Below, in pieces: positions 19,446 to 29,707 of a stretch of 63,378 nucleotides of DNA. The stretch lies in IMG/VR virus record IMGVR_UViG_3300025168_013869, positions 1 to 63,378 of that record; one strand, 5' to 3'. The translations under genes were made by a program, and so were the position numbers. This DNA comes from a virus. Lineage: Duplodnaviria; Caudoviricetes. Each line of letters opens with the position of its first letter. Within the stretch, counting starts at the first letter, position 1. The notes beneath the pieces are model-generated. The model did not search any database. It had not been told where the DNA came from and saw only the letters and a program-made list of their open reading frames with translations.

Positions 19446-20113
19446 AATTGTCCTAATGTTTTAAATTGTATATCCTGTTGTGATAAATGATCTAGTGATA
19501 CTCTTAGTTGTTGATAGTTAGTTTCATTCCATACATTATCATTATGGTCACCTGCTATATGTGATTGAAACATTATATTTCCATCATGTATTGATATATC
19601 TGTTTCATGTATTCCATCTGCACCAAAAATCATTTTACAATCCCATTGTAAATTATGATTATGTTCGTAATGTACAGCTGCATATTTGAAAATTGGACCT
19701 AACCATTTAATTGCCTCTGGATGTGCTAACCAGCCTGGATTCCTCCAACCTACAGGTATATGATCTACATCACTCCATTCTTCCATCATTTGCCAAATTC
19801 TAGATTTTGCTTTATCTGCAGTATCTATTTCATAGAACTCACATTCTCCTATATCCTTTCTATCACACATATGATAATGTCCATGTGCCGCTAATTCAAA
19901 ATATTCTTTTGACTTTAACCAGTCAATCCATTCCTGATGGTCTGAGATAGGAAACTTGTTATGGTAATTAGATGGAATGAATAATGTAAACTTAGCTCCA
20001 AACTCTCTATTAAGTTCTTCCAAATAACCCATACAGTCATCACCTTCCATTCCCCACCCTTTCTCTGGATGGATATCATCTATGGATATTGTTATATTAG
20101 TTTTGGCTTGCAT
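19442..20113 (-). CDS. Polysaccharide deacetylase-like (NodB-type) protein
   Basis: ISIDD, ELAAHGHYH, GWRNPGW motifs. Confidence 0.75.
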   Translation of the reverse strand: MQAKTNITISIDDIHPEKGWGMEGDDCMGYLEELNREFGAKFTLFIPSNYHNKFPISDHQEWIDWLKSKEYFELAAHGHYHMCDRKDIGECEFYEIDTADKAKSRIWQMMEEWSDVDHIPVGWRNPGWLAHPEAIKWLGPIFKYAAVHYEHNHNLQWDCKMIFGADGIHETDISIHDGNIMFQSHIAGDHNDNVWNETNYQQLRVSLDHLSQQDIQFKTLGQL

Positions 20114-20450
20114 GATTTTGTTTAGTCTCTATAAAGCCTTCTTTATATAAAGTTGTAATTTCATTTTTACATGCTACACGTTCATTATTAATATTACGAA
20201 TCAATAATGCCCTACGACCGACTTCCTCAAGTCCTAATTCTTTTTCTTTTCCTCTACGTATATCAGATTCTAAATCCCATATTCTCCCATTAATTACTTT
20301 TAGGTTTTCTACCCAAATATTAATACCAATGTATGGTGCTATTGCTGATTTATAATCATCTACTTCTTGAGTAATTTCTAAATCTGTACGTTCTAATTTT
20401 AATAATAGAATTGAATATCTATCTGCTATTTCTCCAATTTGCATTTTCAT
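20097..20450 (-). CDS. Small helical protein of a type commonly found in glycan loci
   Basis: IGEIADRYSIL...IWDLESDIR...NNERVACKNEI pattern; family recalled from memory only. Confidence 0.5.
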   Translation of the reverse strand: MKMQIGEIADRYSILLLKLERTDLEITQEVDDYKSAIAPYIGINIWVENLKVINGRIWDLESDIRRGKEKELGLEEVGRRALLIRNINNERVACKNEITTLYKEGFIETKQNHASQN

Positions 20451-21460
20451 AATTTATTTATCTCTTTTTGATGGTCTTCAAATGTTAAAAACTTATCTTG
20501 GTTTACTCTTAATTTACTTAAATTTGACTTGGACATGTTTGATATCAGTTTCCACCAATCACCTTTTCCATGATCACAATCACCACGTGGGTTGTCTTCA
20601 TCTTTTATATATAATCTCTTTTGTGGATGTCGTCTATTATGTACTCTTAGGATATTTTTAATGACAAATTGTATATATTTATCTCCCATCATAAATTCAG
20701 CCATGTCTGCAAAACTAGTATCTTCTCCACATACTAATAATGCATGCGGAATATTAACACCTGCTTTAATTAAATCTGTTGATATAACTAAACATGATCC
20801 ATCAAATTTTGGTTTGTTCAATATCCTAATATCTAATTCATCTGCCTTATCATTAATCTCATTCATTTGTTCTAATGACATATATGATTTAGGACTCTCA
20901 GGTGCATTAAGATTCCATTCTTTTGTATCAATGAATGGCTTATCTGTCATATCAACATGTTCTAAAGGTTTCCAATCAGCTCCCCACATCTTTCTATACG
21001 CAAATGTTACAACATATCTGTTTATCTTATTTGATCTTGCATGATCATCGATCATTTCAATTGATGAAAATGTTTCTTTTGGCCATAGACTATCCGTCTC
21101 TCCCCATAATACAAAATCACATTCATCACAGTAATTATAATTCAAATCTCTTCTGTATGCTGCGATATTATAAATCTTATCATCATTAGTTTTAATATCT
21201 AAATCAACTGGACATCCTATATCTGATAATCGTTTTATTTGTTTATTGAATCTAGATTCTAATTCTTCTATAGTTATTTTTTCTGTATCTATTCTTTCAA
21301 AAAATTCTGATTTATTAAAACAGAAATGGAATGTAACATTTTCTTTATTCTTAACTATCTCTAATGCCTGAATACAACTATCTATATATTCTGATACCAT
21401 CTCTATTTCATAGAACTGCACCAATACTCCTATTGTATATTTATTTTTTATATCTATCAT
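20447..21460 (-). CDS. Putative GT-A glycosyltransferase
   Basis: LWGETD, GEDTSF and C-terminal H motif; island context. Confidence 0.55.
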   Translation of the reverse strand: MIDIKNKYTIGVLVQFYEIEMVSEYIDSCIQALEIVKNKENVTFHFCFNKSEFFERIDTEKITIEELESRFNKQIKRLSDIGCPVDLDIKTNDDKIYNIAAYRRDLNYNYCDECDFVLWGETDSLWPKETFSSIEMIDDHARSNKINRYVVTFAYRKMWGADWKPLEHVDMTDKPFIDTKEWNLNAPESPKSYMSLEQMNEINDKADELDIRILNKPKFDGSCLVISTDLIKAGVNIPHALLVCGEDTSFADMAEFMMGDKYIQFVIKNILRVHNRRHPQKRLYIKDEDNPRGDCDHGKGDWWKLISNMSKSNLSKLRVNQDKFLTFEDHQKEINKL

Positions 21461-21463
21461 AAT

Positions 21464-22072
21464 TTATTTCCTTAAAAACATTATTGACTCTGCTTGAGTT
21501 GTTTTATATGTGTTAATTATATTCTTATTATGTCCGGTTTTCACTAACCGTTCATTTAATTCATCTATAAATAGTTCATGGATGTCTTCTATAATATAAA
21601 TTCCTCCTTCCTTTAATTTTGGCCAGAAATTCTCAATAGTTGGTTGCCATGCATTTGGTCTATGACATCCATCATCAATTATAAAATCAAAGTCTGGATA
21701 TGAATGTATACGTTTATCCCAGGTATCTATTTCATCAGATGCTCCTTGACAGACTAACTTTAGATTTTTGTTTGCAAATGCTCCTAATTTCTCTAATTCA
21801 GGCTTCATTAATTCAAATTCCTTTATTGATAAATCAACTCCATATAGTTCTCCATTAACAAAATAATCTGAGAACGTTGCTAATTTACGTCCTTGGAATA
21901 CTCCAATTTCTAATAATCTAATATTAGATGTTCTCCAAGCCTGAAAGTACTTATCATATAATGTTGTATAACCATGTTGATTCATATCACCTCCTGAATT
22001 AGTAAATCCAGTACCCCTATTAAGAGCTGATTTGTACTTATAATGACTGCTAATTTCTGTTAATGTTTTCAT
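21464..22072 (-). CDS. Class I SAM-dependent sugar O-methyltransferase-like protein
   Basis: LLEIGV, GVD, DFIIDDGCH, GGIYIIEDI; start moved to ATG 22072. Confidence 0.8.
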   Translation of the reverse strand: MKTLTEISSHYKYKSALNRGTGFTNSGGDMNQHGYTTLYDKYFQAWRTSNIRLLEIGVFQGRKLATFSDYFVNGELYGVDLSIKEFELMKPELEKLGAFANKNLKLVCQGASDEIDTWDKRIHSYPDFDFIIDDGCHRPNAWQPTIENFWPKLKEGGIYIIEDIHELFIDELNERLVKTGHNKNIINTYKTTQAESIMFLRK

Positions 22073-22811
22073 ATAATTCTTTATAAGTTTTTTCCATCCA
22101 ATTGTATGTCGATGAATCTCCTCCAGGTATTGCATTGAATTGATATATTCCAGGTATCTTTATATACCTCATGTCATCCGATAACAATCCATGTCGTGGC
22201 AAATCCACCATACAATAAATATATGGTAATTGTTTACATTCAATTTGCTTCATATGAACATAATGATTTAATAATGGTTGGTCTGTTCCTACACCATATT
22301 TTTGTTGTACTGCATTAATCTTATCTTTATTTTTCCAGAAAAATTCCATGAAGTCCTTAAAGAATTCTTTATGTTGTTTATTGATAATTAAAAATCCTGA
22401 ATTGAAATATGACCATATATCAAACTTATTGAATTCATCAAACTCGTGAGCATAATTTTCCATGCTTCTGATAGTCCAATCATAATCGCCATCACAATGA
22501 GTTACATATAATTTATCATCTGTTAGTTCAAAAAAGTTAGGACAATCTGGATGTATTATACTATCTACATCTGTTATACAAACTTTATCGTATTCAATAC
22601 CAGACTGTTCCAATAATTCTAAAGCATAATATCTAGAAAAATTGACTTTCATTTCATCTGGTTGAGCTATTAACTCATCAAGTATGAATAATTCTACATT
22701 GTTCTTCTTACACCAATGTCTATAACTATCTATTCCATATCTATAAGGTGCCGACCTAGATTCTTTACCAGGCACTGTTATTGCAACTAGAAATAATACG
22801 TTCTTTTTCAT
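22050..22811 (-). CDS. GT-A glycosyltransferase (GT8/GT34-like)
   Basis: DVD, YFNSGF, DQPLLN motifs. Confidence 0.75.
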   Translation of the reverse strand: MKKNVLFLVAITVPGKESRSAPYRYGIDSYRHWCKKNNVELFILDELIAQPDEMKVNFSRYYALELLEQSGIEYDKVCITDVDSIIHPDCPNFFELTDDKLYVTHCDGDYDWTIRSMENYAHEFDEFNKFDIWSYFNSGFLIINKQHKEFFKDFMEFFWKNKDKINAVQQKYGVGTDQPLLNHYVHMKQIECKQLPYIYCMVDLPRHGLLSDDMRYIKIPGIYQFNAIPGGDSSTYNWMEKTYKELYENINRN

Positions 22812-23557
22812 TAATACTTGTCTTTATATTGTGTCCATGTCTGTTCCATAAGCCTTTTACGATCTTCTACAGGAAATCCAGTAAAGTGCCATACATTAGC
22901 ATATTTTACAAAATATGGATCTGTATCTATATTGAGTTGCCAATTATGAGTAAACATATTTCTTCTATGTATAGATAAAAGATTCCAGGCTGGTGTTAGG
23001 AATTTCTTTTTTACATTATTTTTTACTAGTATGTAATTTAATATTGTCTGTTCACGGCCACCTCCTTTATTCCAATTATCAAGCTCTTCTTGATTATCTA
23101 GATATAAATCTAAAACTTGCTTAAACACATCTAGATATTTATTATGAAAGAATAATACTCCTGCGTTCATATATTTCATTAAATCAATTTCTGTTCCTGG
23201 AAAGAACTTTTTATATTGTGATATACTATTCATCAACCAAGAGAAATCTGCAATATCATTTACTCCACAAAACTCATCTTCAAATGTTTCGAATATATTT
23301 GGTGCGTTCCATTTGACCATAGTATCTGAATCTACTACTCCAATTTTCTCATACTCTTTTCCTATTTCATATATAAGTTCTTTATTCCAAATTGGTCTAC
23401 CAAATCTACTATCATGGTCTGTATTAACTATTATATCAATATCATATTTTTTACACCATGCTGTCCATGATGCAATACAATATTTAGAATAATCGCTACA
23501 TTTGTTTTCTGAAGTATTATGATCAATAGATACTATATATATTAGATTCTTTTTCAT
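22811..23557 (-). CDS. GT-A glycosyltransferase (GT8/GT34-like), paralogue of its neighbour
   Basis: DSD, YMNAGV, EQTILN, WN, HFTG motifs. Confidence 0.75.
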   Translation of the reverse strand: MKKNLIYIVSIDHNTSENKCSDYSKYCIASWTAWCKKYDIDIIVNTDHDSRFGRPIWNKELIYEIGKEYEKIGVVDSDTMVKWNAPNIFETFEDEFCGVNDIADFSWLMNSISQYKKFFPGTEIDLMKYMNAGVLFFHNKYLDVFKQVLDLYLDNQEELDNWNKGGGREQTILNYILVKNNVKKKFLTPAWNLLSIHRRNMFTHNWQLNIDTDPYFVKYANVWHFTGFPVEDRKRLMEQTWTQYKDKY

Positions 23558-24177
23558 ATTTTATCTAGATCCGGTGTATAATCAACATCTAATTTTTCTC
23601 CTATATAATAAAATCCAGTCTTATTATTATATAATAACCCGTTAAGAAATTGATGTTCAGAGGCCTTTGCCATTATCAAGTAATGTGATGTCTTAAAACA
23701 TTTTGGATAATCTTGTCTTCTATAGAAATCATGACTATTAATAATAGACGAATAAATTCCTTCTTCATGTAGACAAAGATATGGATGAGTTTTTACATCT
23801 TCTTTACATAATGCAGATGTTAAATTATGTTTATAATAAAATTCTTTAAATTTTAATATCTCATCTAATGTTCTTCCTGGGTATGTTGGGTATAATGTTA
23901 GTATGTCTGCGGCAGGATCTAGTTCTAAATCTTGTATTACATTTAGAATTACTGATCTCATACTAGCAGTATCTGAAGAATACTTGGTTGGTCGGTCATG
24001 GACTGTTATACCATATCGTTCTCCATATTTTTGTAAGATTGGATCATCGCTTGATAAAATTACATTATCTAATAAGTTAAATTTATCAAGTTTTCTTAAT
24101 AATTGAGGTACTAATTTACGATTCTTAAATGGTGCGCCTTTAGAGCCTAATCTTGCTGGTATTAATATATATTGCAT
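23554..24177 (-). CDS. neuA: Acylneuraminate cytidylyltransferase (CMP-nonulosonate synthetase)
   Basis: IPARLGSKG.PFKN, SSDD, RP...SSD, LYPTYPGR, RRQD, DVD. Confidence 0.85.
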   Translation of the reverse strand: MQYILIPARLGSKGAPFKNRKLVPQLLRKLDKFNLLDNVILSSDDPILQKYGERYGITVHDRPTKYSSDTASMRSVILNVIQDLELDPAADILTLYPTYPGRTLDEILKFKEFYYKHNLTSALCKEDVKTHPYLCLHEEGIYSSIINSHDFYRRQDYPKCFKTSHYLIMAKASEHQFLNGLLYNNKTGFYYIGEKLDVDYTPDLDKI

Positions 24178-25859
24178 TACATTTCTAATATTTTTTCAAT
24201 CTCATCATTATCTATATGTTCCCTTGCTTGTAAGAACTCTTCCATACTCATTGATCCAAAATTAACTGGATTCCCATCTCTATCATTTAGTATCTTTGTT
24301 GCATCATCTAATTCTAATACATACCTATGGAAGTTATCATCACATATAGGATTACCAAATTTATCATGACTTAAACCAAAATGTTTTTCCAAGTTAGGTC
24401 GTACCACTCTCCACATTTCTGTACCTGGATATGCTGTAGCTGTAAACATTCTTCTATTTACTCCGTCTCTAAGTCTTTCATAATCTGGTGATCCAGGCTC
24501 ATGTCCATCTGTCCAGAATTGTTGTTGCCAAATTATAAATGCAACACTAGTTTTTAAGTGTTCTAATTCTTCTCCTGGATATGCCATTATCCAAGTACAA
24601 TTAGCATGTATTCCTGCTTTAGCGCAATTTCTAATAGCAGTCATCATTGTTTTAGGAAAATTATATATTTTACCGTTTACCTCTGTAGGTACTAGTCCGT
24701 TTCTTAATATGAACCCACCTTTTTGCATTAAAGTAAGAACATGATCAGATGCAGATTCTGCTCCAAATCCTATATAGATGCAACCCGCGGCCGCCATTGA
24801 AAATGCTCTGTCGTCAGCTTCATCCATCCTTGTATGGGTTCCCCATTTTACATGATCTATACCATACTCCTTAAACACTGGAACCATGTTTAATATTCTT
24901 TTTTTCTGTACAGCAAAATTATCATCTGGAAATGCTATGAAATCTAAATTATACTTATCAACATATTCTCTGATTTGAATAGCTATAGCTTCTGTGCTCC
25001 TTACTCCGTAATTTCTTTCTCCTGTTGAACCTCTATAACAAAACGCACAGGAATAAGGACAGCCTCTACTACTAACAGTTGATAAACTTCGTTTCATAGT
25101 AAATGGAGTTGCTGAACTATTATTTGCAGCTGTACCCCATATTGATGCATTAATATAATCTTCTAATACATTATGGCCATATGGATCACATTCTAATAAA
25201 TCATATGCTGGGTTTGGGATATCATCTAAGTTTGCAGGCCTACTTCCTTCATATACACATCTATTCTTTCCTTCAATTTCTCCAACAAAAAAAGGACTTA
25301 ATTTACCAGAAGAAATAGCCTTAGGCCATCCTAATTCTTTAATTAGTTTCCCGTCCTTACATATATCAAATATGATTCCATCACCTTCAGATCTTGCTAT
25401 TGCGTCAAGTCCTGGAATCCATGTAAATAAACCTCTTTTAATTTCTGTTGCTAATCCATTTCCAGATACTAAAAAACAATCTGGTTGTAACTTTTTTATT
25501 ATCTTTGCTGTATCTTCTTGCCATTGCAAAGTTGTTATTTTTCCAGAGAATGCAAATATATCTTGTTCACCAACATTATCTAAATGTTTTGCAATTAAAT
25601 CTTCGGCCTCTTTAAGAGTTAAATGTCTACCATTCGATAAATTTCGATCGGCTGCAAGGTCATCTTTTATTCTATATGCATTTAAGTCTATAACATGAGG
25701 TTCTCCACCATACTTCCTAATTATAGCAGATAAGATACATGGACCTTCTGGAGGGAAATTAGGTGTCGCAGATTCTCTTAAAGGCATATTAACAAATGTA
25801 ATTTTGATGTCTTTTAACTCGTCATATGAAATATCAGTAAATTGTATATGTTTTTTCAT
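24177..25859 (-). CDS. B12-binding radical SAM protein (class B methyltransferase-like)
   Basis: N-terminal cobalamin-binding-like domain, SRGCPYSCAFC (CxxxCxxC), DDNF, GAESAS, AYPGTE. Confidence 0.85.
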   Translation of the reverse strand: MKKHIQFTDISYDELKDIKITFVNMPLRESATPNFPPEGPCILSAIIRKYGGEPHVIDLNAYRIKDDLAADRNLSNGRHLTLKEAEDLIAKHLDNVGEQDIFAFSGKITTLQWQEDTAKIIKKLQPDCFLVSGNGLATEIKRGLFTWIPGLDAIARSEGDGIIFDICKDGKLIKELGWPKAISSGKLSPFFVGEIEGKNRCVYEGSRPANLDDIPNPAYDLLECDPYGHNVLEDYINASIWGTAANNSSATPFTMKRSLSTVSSRGCPYSCAFCYRGSTGERNYGVRSTEAIAIQIREYVDKYNLDFIAFPDDNFAVQKKRILNMVPVFKEYGIDHVKWGTHTRMDEADDRAFSMAAAGCIYIGFGAESASDHVLTLMQKGGFILRNGLVPTEVNGKIYNFPKTMMTAIRNCAKAGIHANCTWIMAYPGEELEHLKTSVAFIIWQQQFWTDGHEPGSPDYERLRDGVNRRMFTATAYPGTEMWRVVRPNLEKHFGLSHDKFGNPICDDNFHRYVLELDDATKILNDRDGNPVNFGSMSMEEFLQAREHIDNDEIEKILEM

Positions 25860-26458
25860 TTTAATGCTTTTTTACATTTATAATATCCTTGGTCTTTCGT
25901 TTCGCCATCTGTAAATGTTGTTTCGATAAAATACGAGTCTTGAATTTCGAACCCAGTTTTATTTAATAATTCTGTAAAGTCTTTGTTTGAATATTCTAAA
26001 CTATGAAATTTATTACTAGGATTGTAATTAGTTTCTGGTACTATTGGTGTTGTAATTACAAAGTCTCCATCTTTTTTTAATAATGTATTTAATGTTGTTA
26101 AGAATTCAATTCCTTTATTAGATGGCATATGTTCTATTGTCTCTATAGATAAAATTACATTAAATTGTTGATCTTTAATAGTTGAAAGGTCGTTTACAAA
26201 TGTACAATCAGGTGTTTTATATATTTTTTGTGCATACTTGATAGCATCTTTATTTATATCATATCCAATAACATGCTTTGTAAAGTTTGAAAGTAAATTT
26301 GTACCATACCCACAACCACAAGCACAATCTAACCATAACTCATTCGGGCCTAATTTCTTTAAAATTTTTATACATTCAGAATATCGTTCAAAGTGTCTTA
26401 AAGATGGATCAAAATCCATTTCAAATTTCTTTGGAAAAAAGGTTTCAATAGCTTTCAT
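25856..26458 (-). CDS. Class I SAM-dependent methyltransferase
   Basis: LDCACGCGYG, SIETIEH, ITTP. Confidence 0.85.
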   Translation of the reverse strand: MKAIETFFPKKFEMDFDPSLRHFERYSECIKILKKLGPNELWLDCACGCGYGTNLLSNFTKHVIGYDINKDAIKYAQKIYKTPDCTFVNDLSTIKDQQFNVILSIETIEHMPSNKGIEFLTTLNTLLKKDGDFVITTPIVPETNYNPSNKFHSLEYSNKDFTELLNKTGFEIQDSYFIETTFTDGETKDQGYYKCKKALK

Positions 26459-26465
26459 ATCTATA

Positions 26466-27935
26466 TTATTTTATTAAGTCGATTTTTATTTTTCTATCAT
26501 CCAACTCTAATTTATTAATCTTTGGGTTTTGATATATAGAATCACCTGGTATATGAGTTGTAGAGACTTCTTCTACTACACATCCTCCTTTGCTACTAAA
26601 TGAATGATCAACTTTAGTATTAATTAATTTTGGTGCACCTAATTTAAGATCAATTACTCTCCCATTTAATACTAATTCACAATCACCATATAGTAATTCA
26701 AATGATTCTTCTTTGATCATATGCCGATGAGTAGGATGAGATTGGCCTGGTAACATTACTATAATCTTTTTACAATATCGTCTATTAATTTTAGATATAA
26801 TAACAGCTCCAATATTAATAAACTCATCTAATCCATAATGACATGAAATATCAACATCATCCTTTTCTGTTATTGTTACATTTGCTGCATGTAATATATC
26901 ACTAACTTGAGATTTTATTTTATGAATAATAGATTGCTTCTTAACATCTACTATGTCAGAATATTTTAATCCTTCGTTAGATTTCAAATCTCGAGTTAAC
27001 TCTGATCCAATAATATCATAATACGATGATGCATTTAACATACCTTCTTGCACCGGCATTGCGTAATAAATATCATTATCAGTTATGGTATGTCCTTTAT
27101 AAATATCATTTCTTAAATATACTCCCCTCTTAAGAGCAACTAAAGCTTTCTTTTCATTTTTAGATTTTCCTTGTGATGCTTGGAATAATTGATCTACTTC
27201 TTTTATAACCGTTTCCATTTGGTCTGGTGTTAATGAATAATCATTTAATGCAATATCATTAGTTTTTACTCCTATATGCTTTTCAATGATTGTACATCCC
27301 ATTGCAATTGCATATGGCGTCATTGATTTTTCTAATGGAGATTCATGAGTAGAAAATCCAATTTCTATATCAGGAAATTCTCGTTTCATATCTTTAATTC
27401 TATCTAAATTTGAAACGTTTATTGGAGTTGGATATTCTCCTACACAATGCATGAAAGCAAAATCTCTTCCCTTTTTCTTAAATAAATTATAAACACGTCT
27501 TACTGTATTTAACTCGACGCCAGCCGTTGAAATTATTATTTTTTTATTAATATTCGATAATTCTTCTAGTAATGGCCAATCATCAACAGAACAACTTGCT
27601 ACTTTTAGAACATCAATATTCAATTCATTTGTTAATGGGATTGACTCATTATCGAACGGAGTAGTAATAGCTAATAATCCTTTAGATTTAATATAATCTA
27701 CAATTTCCTTGAACTCAGATTTATCTAATCGAGTTTCATTAAATCGTTTAACATATTTCAGGTCACTACGAGTCTGATATTCTGGATGTATAAATGTATC
27801 TAGGTTACGGAATTGTAACTTAATACCAGCTGTTAGATTATTATCCTTAGATAATATAGCAAATTCATCTACTATTTTTTTTGCGTGATCAACACTTCCC
27901 ATATGGTTATTAGCCATTTCAAATATATATAACAT
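26466..27935 (-). CDS. neuB: N-acetylneuraminate synthase family protein fused to SAF and C-terminal cupin domains
   Basis: EMANNHMG, KLQ, TTPFD, KVAS, ISTAG, MHCVGEYPT, GFSTH, IIEKH; cupin YCKKIIVMLPGQSHPTHRHMIKEESF...HSF...EEVST. Confidence 0.88.
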   Translation of the reverse strand: MLYIFEMANNHMGSVDHAKKIVDEFAILSKDNNLTAGIKLQFRNLDTFIHPEYQTRSDLKYVKRFNETRLDKSEFKEIVDYIKSKGLLAITTPFDNESIPLTNELNIDVLKVASCSVDDWPLLEELSNINKKIIISTAGVELNTVRRVYNLFKKKGRDFAFMHCVGEYPTPINVSNLDRIKDMKREFPDIEIGFSTHESPLEKSMTPYAIAMGCTIIEKHIGVKTNDIALNDYSLTPDQMETVIKEVDQLFQASQGKSKNEKKALVALKRGVYLRNDIYKGHTITDNDIYYAMPVQEGMLNASSYYDIIGSELTRDLKSNEGLKYSDIVDVKKQSIIHKIKSQVSDILHAANVTITEKDDVDISCHYGLDEFINIGAVIISKINRRYCKKIIVMLPGQSHPTHRHMIKEESFELLYGDCELVLNGRVIDLKLGAPKLINTKVDHSFSSKGGCVVEEVSTTHIPGDSIYQNPKINKLELDDRKIKIDLIK

Positions 27936-27955
27936 AATTCTTTTTTTTATTTATA

Positions 27956-27987
27956 TAAATATAACAAATTTTTCTCGGATATCCTAG
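27956..27987 (-). promoter_or_regulatory. Class A promoter CTAG-N20-TATATTTA
   Basis: Same spacing as the other class A sites; upstream of neuB. Confidence 0.65.
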
Positions 27988-27989
27988 TA

Positions 27990-28769
27990 CTAATAACTCT
28001 TTATTCTTCCAATTGATTCTAAATATGCAATGGATTGTTCTTCAGCTGCAAAATTATGTAGTTCCAGTCCGGGTGAATATACCTGTTCAAAATAATGTAA
28101 ATTTTGGGTGGTATCTGCATTTTTATAAAAATCAAAACCAAATATATTAACTGATTTAAAGAATGATAAGAATAAATGTATTCCAAAAAATCCTGCACTA
28201 GGTTCAGTAGCTGATAAATTTTCTAGTATTGTTTTCTGAACTGATGGTTGTACTATACTTATTTTATTTGATCCATTAATGTTATTAATTAAACCACCAA
28301 CTAAATATCTAGATGATAAGTTCATATCAGATTTTAATATAAAATGTTCATCTTTAAGTGTTGGTATAAAATTAGAATCAAAACTTGTTAACTGATTACA
28401 TTCTTTATATCCAAAAACTTTTGCTGATATTACTCTGAAGTTTGTTTTTGTGCCGACCTGTATTTCATATCCTTTTGTCTGGCTATGATTGAATCGTACT
28501 ATTATATCATGTGCATCAATAAAATTACCATATTGATTTTCTAACACGGTTGGAGCATTTCCAACTATTGCACAGGTTTTGTCAGAAAAATTATAATTAA
28601 ATTTATCATCAATTATATTATTTGATAATAATAATATTTCATCTAAACTATAATCATCTTTATTTACGCCAAACTCTTTATCAAAATATGAACTTCCAAT
28701 GGAATGTTCATGTTTAATCATATCCTGATAGTCATGTTTTGAAATGAATATATCTTCTTTAAGCTTCAT
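27990..28769 (-). CDS. GT29-family sialyltransferase
   Basis: Sialylmotif L (CAIVGNA...YGNFIDAHDIIVRFN...VGTKT), S (PSAGFFGI...VNIFGF), III (HYFE) and VS (HNFAAE). Confidence 0.88.
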   Translation of the reverse strand: MKLKEDIFISKHDYQDMIKHEHSIGSSYFDKEFGVNKDDYSLDEILLLSNNIIDDKFNYNFSDKTCAIVGNAPTVLENQYGNFIDAHDIIVRFNHSQTKGYEIQVGTKTNFRVISAKVFGYKECNQLTSFDSNFIPTLKDEHFILKSDMNLSSRYLVGGLINNINGSNKISIVQPSVQKTILENLSATEPSAGFFGIHLFLSFFKSVNIFGFDFYKNADTTQNLHYFEQVYSPGLELHNFAAEEQSIAYLESIGRIKSY

Positions 28770-29703
28770 AAAGATCTTCTATTTGTAATGGACCATCATT
28801 GATATGCATATTAAATAAAGCTTTTTGTATAGTATTATCATACTTATCTATTACAGATTGAAACTCATTTCTTAAATTTTTATTTCTATAACCCCAGCCC
28901 CATCCATATTTTTTCCTCCAGTTCATTTGATGATCTTGAGAATTAGTATCACCAAAATAATGAGGGTTATATGTCTGTGAGTCTGGTACTCCTGCTGCAT
29001 GTTTTAAGCTTATATGATGTTTAACTATTAAATCCGTGAAACCTATATTACAAATATTATTAAACATAAATTGGTGTGCGACATCATCACCCCAGAGGTT
29101 CAAATTATAATCTGTATCGATATTGATACATGTCTTAAATAGATTAATATTAATACCAGTTGCTATATAATTTGTTGATTCGACTACACAATAATCTTTC
29201 TTTAAATAACTATCTGGTACATTTTGATACCAACTTGAATATGGAGGTTCAAGTATACCTTTAATTAAATTTCCTCTTCCTAATCTATTAGATGTATCTA
29301 CATCATTGAATCCAAACATTCCAACGACTTGTTTGAAATTTTCATGTTCTATAAGTTTGTCATCTAATTTTTTCCAAAAGTCTTCAGTTACAGGATATGC
29401 ATCATGCTGGAACACTATTAGCCAATCAATATCTGTATCAGTATTATCTAGAAATTTAATAGCTTCATCTACACAGTTCTGCATTGGTAATGTATCTCGA
29501 TCGGTTTCTATATTTGTAATATTAAATTTTTTACAAATCTCTTTACCATATTTCACTTGTTCATCTGTAGATTGTACATCTATATTTAAGAATAAAACAT
29601 CTTCTACAGATTTTACATCTACCTTTTTATAGAATAATTCCTCGAATAAGATATAATTATTTCTACTTGCAAATAAAACGGCATACTTCTTTTTATATTT
29701 CAT
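28759..29703 (-). CDS. Putative GT-A (GT2-like) glycosyltransferase
   Basis: VFQHD, WGDD and VKH motifs. Confidence 0.6.
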   Translation of the reverse strand: MKYKKKYAVLFASRNNYILFEELFYKKVDVKSVEDVLFLNIDVQSTDEQVKYGKEICKKFNITNIETDRDTLPMQNCVDEAIKFLDNTDTDIDWLIVFQHDAYPVTEDFWKKLDDKLIEHENFKQVVGMFGFNDVDTSNRLGRGNLIKGILEPPYSSWYQNVPDSYLKKDYCVVESTNYIATGININLFKTCINIDTDYNLNLWGDDVAHQFMFNNICNIGFTDLIVKHHISLKHAAGVPDSQTYNPHYFGDTNSQDHQMNWRKKYGWGWGYRNKNLRNEFQSVIDKYDNTIQKALFNMHINDGPLQIEDLYEA

Positions 29704-29707
29704 ATTA

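Noticed and set aside
28740-28769. MKLKEDIF start of the GT29 gene as a member of the leader family
   Set aside because: Lacks the hydrophobic pair and L-x-E ending
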